DNA from: Octopus sinensis
Taxonomy: Eukaryota
Reading direction: 5' to 3'
DNA length: 64,000 bases
NCBI RefSeq assembly: GCF_006345805.1
Contig: NC_043017.1
Span: forward strand, 8,990,001-9,054,000
Under the pieces are notes generated by a model that saw only the letters and a program-made list of their open reading frames with translations, did not search any database and was not told where the DNA came from. Positions within the stretch are counted from its first letter, which is position 1. Every line of letters begins with the position of its first letter. Position numbers and translations under genes: made by a program. This document shows, piece by piece, positions 54,826 through 64,000 of this stretch.

Positions 54826-55384
54826 ATGTGTGTTTCAAAATTTCACAAATTCAAGAAGGGCATATATCATCATCATTACAGTTGACAGAAATCTGGACCA
54901 GTGTGGGGTCATTTGGTGGAAGGTAGAAACTGTTTAATGAAGTGGAATAAATTAGCTTGTGAGAAGGAAGAGGGGAAGTGTAACATTTAGGGTAGTAATT
55001 ACTCTTTTCCTTCGTTAAAGAGAAATGAAATGCTATACAGGGAAGGGGAGTGGGTGGGCTCCTTGTTGTTGCTTCGGTACAGGTAAGTCATGCCTGAGCA
55101 AAAGCTACGACCTTCCTTCCTTATTCCAGCTGTCTCCAATCTGTCTTCTGTTCAGACATAATGTATCTAGAATTACAGTTGTATTTTTTTTTGTGTTTTC
55201 AGTGTAATCTTCCTTTCTTAAGAGAGTCAGGTGTGATTAGAGGTAGATTTAGTTATTTGTAGCAGTTTCCCCTCATTGACTTGTTGGACTAGGTGTGCTT
55301 AAGATGTTATCAAGAGTATCCATTGCATGTTAAACTGCTTTTGTAATGTTGTTCGGTAATTTATTTGCAAAAATCGAGCAGTAA

Positions 55385-55549
55385 TCCACGCCGTGTACCC
55401 TGTTAGGGTCACTTAACAGGGGGAATTAAATCTAGATTAGAACCAGTTTTGTAGCTGGTCCGATCTGTGAAAGTGTGGGACAGTAAATTGTGTGACGCGG
55501 TACTTGGGGCAGTAACTCTGATCTCGAGTAGTAGAGTCACAGTACATAC
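55385..55549 (+). ncRNA. Box H/ACA RNA copy 2 (putative scaRNA paralogue with altered pocket)
   Basis: ccacgc pairs with gtgtgg. H box ACAGTA at 55480-85. Stems tgtgac/gtcaca and tacttggg/ctcgagta. ACA at 55544-46. The core is colinear with copy 1 at an offset of exactly 1500 bp. Confidence 0.75.
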
Positions 55550-56067
55550 ACAGTTTTATCTTTTTGAGGAAGATTTGGTTGCTATTTCTAGCAGGACCTT
55601 TTCTACTATCTACTCACACACACACACACACACATGCACATGGCAGGCTTTCACACAGTTTCCATCTACCAAAATCACTAACAAGGAATTGATTGGCCCA
55701 GGGCTATAGTGGAAGATGCTTGTCTATGGTGCTGCACTGTGGTACTAAACGCAGAATCATGGATTGTAAAATGGGCTTTGTAACCCTACAGCCATGTTTC
55801 TGCCTGTATGTTTGTATCTATATTGAATAACACACATCAAAGTTTCATAGCCTGTGTTATATGGGATTTGAGTTGGGTCTCAGAAAGTATCTTATCTAAA
55901 TTAACTATTGCTTAACCATTTTCTCACACCTTCTCCGATGAGAGGACATAAGGAATATTCTGGAAACAGTTGTAAGACCTATTTATAAATGTTCCAAAAT
56001 CTTCACAGCCTTGGTTTTTTTTTATCTCATTCTGAAAAAATAAATTATATATATATATATATATATA

Positions 56068-56467
56068 GGCGCAGGAGTGGCTGTGTGGTAAGTAGCTTGC
56101 TAACCAACCACATGGTTCTGGGTTCACTCCCACTGCGTGGCATCTTGGGCAAGTGTCTTCTGCTATAGCCCCGGGCCAACCAATGCCTTGTGAGTGGATT
56201 TGGTAGACAGAAACTGAAAGAAGCCTGTCGTATATATGCATATATATATGTATGTGTTTGTGTGTCTGTGTTTATCCCCCTAGCATTGCTTGACAACCGA
56301 TGCTGGTGTGTTTATGTCCCCGTCACTTAGCGGTTCGGCAAAAGAGACCGATAGAATAAGTACTGGGCTTACAAAGAATAAGTCCCGGGGTCGACTTGCT
56401 CGACTAAAGGCGGTGCTCCAGCATGGCCGCAGTCAAATGACTGAAACAAGTAAAAGAGTAAAAGAGT
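56068..56467 (+). mobile_element. Young full-length SINE family A between H/ACA copies 2 and 3
   Basis: Starts ggcgcaggagtggctgtgtggtaagtagc and ends aagtaaaagagtaaaagagt. Inserted after (TA)n. Confidence 0.85.
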
Positions 56468-56613
56468 ATATATATGTTTTTGTTTTCATTTTTCATTGTG
56501 TTCAAGGTTTTTTTGGTGTCCTGTACCCATATATGCATGTATATATATACATATAGATGTAGGTATGTACATATATGTATGTATATATGCATATGTTTAT
56601 ATATTATTTATGT

Positions 56614-56651
<38 letters not shown>

Positions 56652-57631
56652 AGGATTGAAGTGGCATTTGAACATTCATAATAGAATGGGAAATGTAGCC
56701 AACAATCAAATGAGACTTTATTACTGCAGTGTGTGTGTGATCAGCTCTTCAAATGTGTTTCAGGGCTGATAAGTCATTTAAGATCTCTGGCTAGGAAAGA
56801 GCTATTATAGGTACAAGAAGAGGTCAATCTCTGCAAGGAGCACTCAACCCACCGCACACAGATATATATATATCACCTGTGTTTTTATATTTTTTGTAGA
56901 ATTAAACAGGACTCTAATGATATATATATATATATATCATCACATTTGTCAAAAATCTAGGCTACATTAGTTCAAATGTGCTGGGTCATTTGGTGGATGA
57001 TGGAAAGATTTAATCATGTGGAATAAATTGGTTTGTGAGGGGGGGGGGAAGAGAAGTGTAACATTTAGGGCATTAATTACTGTTTTGCCTCATTAAAGAG
57101 AAATGAAATAGTATATGGTCTTGTTATTGTTATTGTTGAGGTTAGGTAGCTATGACTGAGTAAAATTTTGATCTGCCATTGCAGCCAGCTCTTGTTCAGA
57201 CATAATGTAGTTTGAATGAGTATTTTTTAGTGTAACTTTTTAAAGTCAGTAGGAAGTGATTTGAGGAAGATTTAGCTGTTGTTTCTAGCCGGTTTTCCCA
57301 TAGACTTGTCAGACAAAGTGTTTCTAACACATCGAGTCAAAAGGATACGTTGTAAATTCATCCATTAGCATTGAGATTACTCTGTCAAATGTAATTGTTT
57401 GGCTTAACGATGCATTTATCTCAAAGCTTCAAGATTTCAGTGATGTGATTGTTGATCGACATTGTAGGGTAGGTGCGAGAGGCCAGATTTGGCTGGTTTA
57501 AAAATAAAACAAGTTGAACATTTTGGGTCGGATTTGGCCAGTTTAAATGCTAAAGGGTTAAACGAATTTTTTAATGTTTTTGTTGTTGTTGATGATGGTC
57601 TTTGAAAAAAACAAAAAAAAAACATCCGTAA

Positions 57632-57866
57632 TCCACACTGTCTCCTATTAAGTTATCTTCATAGGGGACACTGTTTCCCCTGTTAAGGTTACTCAACAGG
57701 GCTCACACTCTGTATTTTGTCAAGTTACCTTAACAGGGGAAACTAAACCTAAACTGAGGACAGTTTTGTAGCTGGTTCCTTCTGTGGAAGTGTGGGACAG
57801 TAAAGATTGTGACACAGGACTTGGGGCAACGAGTCTGCTACCGAGTAGTATAGTCACAATACATCG
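57632..57866 (+). ncRNA. Box H/ACA RNA copy 3 (putative scaRNA, best U1 pseudouridine-6 match)
   Basis: tccacact pairs with agtgtggg. H box ACAGTA at 57797-802. Stems tgtgac/gtcaca and acttgg/ccgagt. ACA at 57861-63. Pocket strands cagg (57815-18) and agtat (57847-51) are complementary to U1 AUACU-[U A]-CCUG. Confidence 0.8.
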
Positions 57867-60424
57867 CTTCCTATATTTTATACACACATGCAACGTATAC
57901 ATACTTGCATACTCTCTCTTTACTCTTTTACTCTTTTACTTGTTTCAGTCATTTGACTGCAGCCATGCTGGAGCACCGCCTTTAGTCGAGCAAATCGACC
58001 CCAGGACTTATTCTTTATAAGCCCAGCACTTATTCTTTGTAAGCCCAGCACTTATTCTATCAGTCTCTTTTGCCGAACCGCTATACGCATGAATACACTC
58101 ACACACACACACACATTGAATGTTCTGTCTCATTTTGTCTTTCTTTCCCTTTTATACATTTATCAGGCTCTACACACTTTGGCTACAAATAATTATTGTA
58201 TGTTTTGTCATTTCTGAAGATAGTGTTAGTGTATGTATACGACAGAGTGTCAACAATTTAAACTGGGTATATGTAGCATCAGATGTAGTGTGCAAGAGAG
58301 AAGACTGTGCTGGTATGGCTATTTAACCCTCTCATTACTGTGTTTCTGTTGAGATGCTCTGTGTTTCTTTCAATTACTTTAAATATAACAATGAATTTAG
58401 TAAAATAACTTAATTATTCTGCTGGTCTCTTTTGCCGACCCGCTAAGTTACTGGGACACGAACATGTCAACACCAGTTGTCAAGCATTGATGGTGACAAA
58501 GACAGGCAGAAAGGCATACACATACACACATAGATATACATACATATATATGTATGAATGTATGTTGAATCCCACTGCATGGCACCTTGGGCAACCAAAG
58601 CTTTGTGATTGGATTTGGTGGACGGAAACTGAAAGAAGCCCTTTGTGTGTGTGTGTATACATACATGCAGACACACATATATACATGTATATATACGCAC
58701 ACATGCATACAACGGGCTTATATACACACACACACACACAATGAGCTTCTTCCAGTTTCTGTCTACCAGATTCACTCACAAGACTTTAGTTGGCCAAGGC
58801 TATAGTAGAAGACACTTGCCCAAGGTGCCATGCAGTAGGACTGAACCTGGAACCATGTGGTTGGGAAGTGAGCTTCTTACCGCACAACCATGCTTGCATG
58901 TATGTCCTGTGTGCGTGTGTATGTCTGTTTATCTTGTGTTACCATTGCTTAACAACTGGTGTTACTTGGTTTATGTTCCTGTCACTTAGATATCCAGCAA
59001 AATAGACCAATCGAAGAAGCGCCAATGCTTAAAAAAACAACAACAACCCAACAAATATGTACTGGGGTCAGTTTGGTTGACTACCCTTCAAGGTGGTGCT
59101 CCAGCATGGCCGCAGTCCAACAATTGGGACAAGTGAAAATGATAGAAGGTATTAAAGCTATGTTTGTGCTACTCTGCTTGTGTCTATACTTGTAGCCCTT
59201 TGTCTGTGCCTGTTTATTCGTTTTATTAATACCCTGTATCCTTTTAGTTTGCCCCACAACACTCTCGGAACAGTAAGTCACTATGTGTGTGTGTTTGCAT
59301 ATCTGTGTGTGTGTGTGTGTCTTTGATGTGCTTCTGTGTCTGTCTCTGTGTGTAGGGAAGACATTATGCTAATAAAATGGTAATATGAAGTCTTTCAAAA
59401 AGCTAATCTTTAATGTTCAACTTGGGGGTAAATGTGATATGTCCTGCGTTCTCAAATTGAGTCTACTGCGCTCGCACACTCTCTCTTTACACACACACAT
59501 GCACACTAACACAACATATACATACACATGCTTGCACATGTGTGTGTGTGTATATATATATATATACATGTGTGTATGTGTGTGTACACATAATTTTATA
59601 CATCTATATATATGTGTGTGTTTATATATATATGACCTAGAACTCTTTTCTCTTGTTTTGTGGGGAAGAAAGGGGTGAAGAGAGAGAGAGAGAGAGAGAG
59701 TAAGAGTGAAGGGTTGTCTCATGGAGGCATGGGTGGGTGCTGTACTCTGAGAATTCATGATTAGAAGAATAGATGAAGCTTAAGGGTGTGTGTATGTGTG
59801 TGTGTGTGAGGACAGGGTGTTAGTAGGACCAGGGTATTTACTTTCTACCCTTCTCTGCATCTCTCTCCTGTTATTTCTTAGCATCTCCACCTGCTGTTGG
59901 GAGAAAGTAGTAATGGTGGTGGCAGTAGGAGGAGGAGGGAGAGATGAGAGAGAGAGAGAGAGAGAGAGCAGTAAAGGGGTGGTTTTTTCCACCTTCCACC
60001 CACCTCACTTCATCTTCTAATCTCCCACTGTTGTCTCCTGGCCATCTCCCCCTCCCCTCAGTCTAAGAATTTTAATCCCCACTTCTCTCTTCTCTTCCAC
60101 CCAACTTGTCTGAAGACTTTAGGGGTCTCCTTTCACTTCTACAGGATTGGAATTGTGTAAATGGTGATGGTGGTGGTAGTAGTGGTGGTGGTGGTGGTAG
60201 TTGTGGTGGTATGTTTTGGACTTCTTAATAGGAAGCAGCTGTGTTGTCCCCCAATCCCCCCCTCACTTTATCTTTACTCTGTTTCAGTGTATCCCTGTCC
60301 CTTCTTTCACTCACAGACTCTTTCTATCTTTCTTTCTCTCTCTCCCTCACTCCACCTCATGTCTCTATGTCCCCTCCCTTGTTGAACTTAGACTCTTTTC
60401 ATCTTCTCTTCACACTTCATCTCA

Positions 60425-60462
<38 letters not shown>

Positions 60463-61399
60463 ATTTATTCCACCACTCCTTCTGCCTCTTTGTCCCCATC
60501 TCCCTTCAGTAAGTATCACTATGTGTGTGTGTGTGTGTGTGTGTCATCTTCTCACTCACACTCCCTCTAGATTTCTCTGAGACTGTGGGAAAGTTTTCTT
60601 GTCCCTGCTAACTTGTTGACTGCCACTCCCACGTGTGGTCGGTGGGTTGGGTGGTTGCTGTGTTGTGTTCAATTTCAAGACTTCAAGACACAAAGAATAC
60701 TGTTGCAACAGAACTGATGCCTGACTCTCCCCTTCTCAGCAGCAGTGAGTTACATCACACCACATCATATCATAGAAGCTGACCCCTTCTCTATTCCTAC
60801 TTGGCAACTGTCTCTTCCATAATGGCTTTCTTCTTTGCTTCTGTGACCTTTGCTTTTCTGTTTTTTTTTTTGGTTTTTTTTTTTGTAATAGCTTACTCAG
60901 GAAGGAAGTGGGCACCTGTGACCCCCTTTTTCATGAGTTGCATCACATCAGTCCCCTCAGCTGGCAAAATTAAGTTGCACCTGTATTTCAAAGGGCCAGC
61001 CTTGTCACACTCTGTGTCATGCTGAATCTTCCTAGGAACTATGCATGTCTGTGGAGCGCTCAGCCACTTAATGTTAACTTCATGAACAAGCTGTTTAGTG
61101 TGTGTGAACACACCCACTTTATTCTAGAATTGGAGACAAAAAAGAAAGATTGTGAAAGAAGCCCGTCATATATGTATGTATGTATTTGTGTGTCTGTTTT
61201 TGTCCCCCTCCCCATTGCTTGACAATCGATGTTGGTGGGTTTACATCCCTGTAACTTAGCAGTTCAGCAAAAGAGACTGATAAAATACGTACTAGGCTTA
61301 CAAAGAATAAGTCCTGGGGTTGATTTGTTTGAGTAAAGGTGGTGCTCCAGCATGGCCGCAGTCAAACGACTGAAACAAATAAAAGAATTAGCTCCATAA

Positions 61400-61770
61400 A
61401 GAAGTGCCAATCTCTCAAAGTAGACGGAACACGTGGGAGTGGGAGACCCAGGAAGATGGGACAAAGTACTGAAGGATGACCTCAGGACACTGAACCTTTC
61501 AGGCAAGATGATAAAGGACCGAAATGCCTGGGGCCTTGCTGTAATCAAGAAGACCCTTACTCTGCAGCAGATGTGTTTAAGCCAGTCCCCTTGATGTAGA
61601 GGATTGGCCTGCAGGAGTCCTGTGCTGGTGCCATGTAGAAGGCACCTGTGCCAGTGTGACATTAGAGCACTTGTGTGGTGCTGTATAAAAACATCCAGTT
61701 CACTCTGTAAAGTGGTTGATGTCAGGAAGGGCATCCAGCTGCAGAAGCCATGCCAAGTCAGACTGGAGTC
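61400..61770 (+). mobile_element. RTE-type LINE 3' end
   Basis: WDKVLKDDLRTLNLSGKMIKDRNAWGLAVIKKT followed by the family 3'UTR. Confidence 0.75.
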
Positions 61771-61793
61771 TGGAGTTGATGTATTTGACTATA

Positions 61794-62041
61794 CCTATTT
61801 CTATTTCTTTACTACCCACAAGGGGCTAAACACAGAGGGACGAACAAGGACCGACAAACAGATTAAGTAGATTATATCGACACCAGTGCGTAACTGGTAC
61901 TTATTTAATCGACCCTGAAAGGATGAAAGGCAAAGTCAACCTCGGCGGAATTTGAACTCAGAACACAGCGGCAGACGAAATACCACAAAGTATTTCGCCC
62001 GGCATACTAACGTTTCTGCCAGCTTGCTGCCTTACAAGTAA
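61794..62041 (-). mobile_element. SINE family C with 9-bp TSD
   Basis: Paralogue of 3914-4149. ttgactata at 61785-93 and 62042-50. Confidence 0.8.
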
Positions 62042-63149
62042 TTGACTATATCCTCCTTCCAAATTGCAGGCCTTGTTCCTATAGTAGAAAGCATTATTTA
62101 TGGGGGAAAAGAAAATGAGAATTTCTTCAGCTGAAATGGATTTCTTAGTGCTGCTATAATTATTAAAGTGGAACATGTAGTAACTGGTGCTGACCCCCTT
62201 TTGGTACCAACTTGCTTGAGACTGTGCCTGGTTCTATGACCACAAACTATTTTAAAGAGATCTGAATTATAATCATCTGTCAAAATGTTTTGTTAATTTG
62301 TTCTAGACACCAGCTTAATAATGACTGAATTATTTTACTAAATTCTTGATTATTTTAAAAATCAATTTGAAACAAAGCTATCATATGTCAACAGAACTAT
62401 GGTAATAAAATGGTTATTGAAACCAATGGCTATTTTGATGATCCCCGATAAGCACTCTCAAAAAAATCTTAATGAAAGGGCATATTGATGCATTTACTGT
62501 TTGTTAATGAAGAATAGGTAACTGACCACCATATAATTAGGAATAGTTTGTCTTAGAGTACGGATCTGTAATTGGATGTCCGATGTGGAGGCCGTGAATT
62601 TGAGCTTGAGATCATACTGGTTTGATGAGCCTACTCTGCTGCCCTTGATCAAGATGTCTTGGCAAAGGGGTGCATACCCAGAAGTAGTTATGTCACATTA
62701 CAATGACCCCAGTGCTCAACTGGTATTTATTTTATCGACCCCCGAATGGATGAAAGGCAAAGTCAGTCTTGGTGGAATTTGAACTCAGAACGCAAGAACA
62801 GACAAAATACTAAGCATTTTGCCCGGCATGCTAACGACTCTGCCACCCAGATAGAATGTCATGGCCACTATTAACAATCCTGCTTTTTTTGTGTTTTTGT
62901 TTCAACTAAAATGTTCTAAAATTTAGTGATTTTCATTTTTGCGGCATTGTTGACACTGTCACTAATTGCATTATGCTAATTAAAATATTTTCATGTTTGC
63001 ACTTAGTCAAGTTAAAAACATGGAAAATAATAATAATAATAATAATAAAAAAAAAGACATTTCTCATTTTATTTATAGCTTAAATAGTTTGTGATTAAAT
63101 CAGCAGAAATATTTAATGTTTATTCATCAGTGTAGTCTTATCTTTAAAT

Positions 63150-63329
63150 TAAAGAGACGCCAGTGTGTATGTGTGTGTGTGTGATATGAATATATATGCA
63201 TGTATATAAACATATGTATCTATGTATACATTTTAAAATGTATATATTTATGTCTATATGCACACACATGTATATATGCATATTTACATATGTATGTACA
63301 TGTATATATGTGTGTATATTATACATTCA

Positions 63330-63394
<65 letters not shown>

Positions 63395-63420
63395 CACACA
63401 TACATATATACATACGACTA
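63150..63420. repeat. (TA)n/(TG)n microsatellite
   Basis: Direct inspection. Confidence 0.9.
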
Positions 63421-64000
63421 TGTATATATATTTATATATTCTGCTCCTGCTCGCCATATCAGAGGGAGCAAGAGAAATTTAATCCTTCTTTATGATTGTA
63501 GTTTATATACATACATACATACACACACGCATGTATATACATTTGGTGATTATACACTTGTCTGGGTGATTATACACTTGTGTATGTATGCTGTGTGGTG
63601 GTATGTGTGTTTATGTGTAATTTTATGGCTTGTTTGTGTATATAAAGACAGAATCACGAAGACTGTTGTCAAGTAACCAATACAAGGGAAAGCTTGTTGT
63701 AGGGGTCGTCTCTGATATTATGTAAGTAACTACCACTGTTTGTAGGGGAGAGGGATCCTCTTAGGGGCTGGTTTAACCCACCCATACACCGTCCTATTAG
63801 AGACCCATACAGTAAATGTTCACAGATGTACTTACACACACACCTGTCTTCGCTTACACACACAAATTTGTGTGCACTTACACACACATACAGACACATA
63901 TAGACACACAAGTCTGCTTTTAAAGACACACACACGTACACATAGCCTTATGCTCTTACATGGCTGAGCCTCATACATACAAACCCATCTGCTCTTACAC

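Noticed and set aside
53400-57866. Telomerase RNA interpretation of the H/ACA cluster
   Set aside because: I found no CUAACCCU-type template or pseudoknot upstream of any copy. There are three copies, and the pocket matches U1.
53840-57902. Paralogous minus-strand ORFs ...APSPASHTLLSHTFTNRTSYKT... as a triplicated coding exon
   Set aside because: They lack shared start or splice sites. The substitutions preserve + strand base pairing and H/ACA boxes, which explains the conservation better.
806-63941. Most ORFs in the supplied track (VCVC, YIYI, THTH, poly-H and poly-V peptides)
   Set aside because: They are translations of di- and trinucleotide microsatellites or SINE/LINE sequence, with no domain content.

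Overview
AT-rich, repeat-saturated animal intronic or intergenic DNA. The retroposon families and microsatellite density suggest an octopus or other coleoid cephalopod (inference). I could not recognise any intact protein-coding gene. Almost all listed ORFs are translations of (TA)n/(TG)n/(CA)n microsatellites or of SINE/LINE sequence. The window holds tRNA-headed SINEs, 3' ends of RTE-type LINEs, decayed mariner/Tc1, hAT and Penelope fragments, and TTAA- and hAT-type MITEs. The main non-repeat signal is three paralogous structured RNAs on the + strand (53875-54049, 55385-55549, 57632-57866). Each has box H/ACA architecture: hairpin, ACAGTA H box, hairpin, then ACA plus 3 nt. The 3' pocket of copy 3 matches the U1 snRNA 5' end perfectly around U6, and copy 1 nearly so. 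This suggests a tandemly triplicated, diverging U1-pseudouridine-6 guide scaRNA with an unusual variable multi-branched 5' domain. A second notable item is a twice-present Penelope-type element in (TA)n tracts carrying a minimal hammerhead-ribozyme-like fold.
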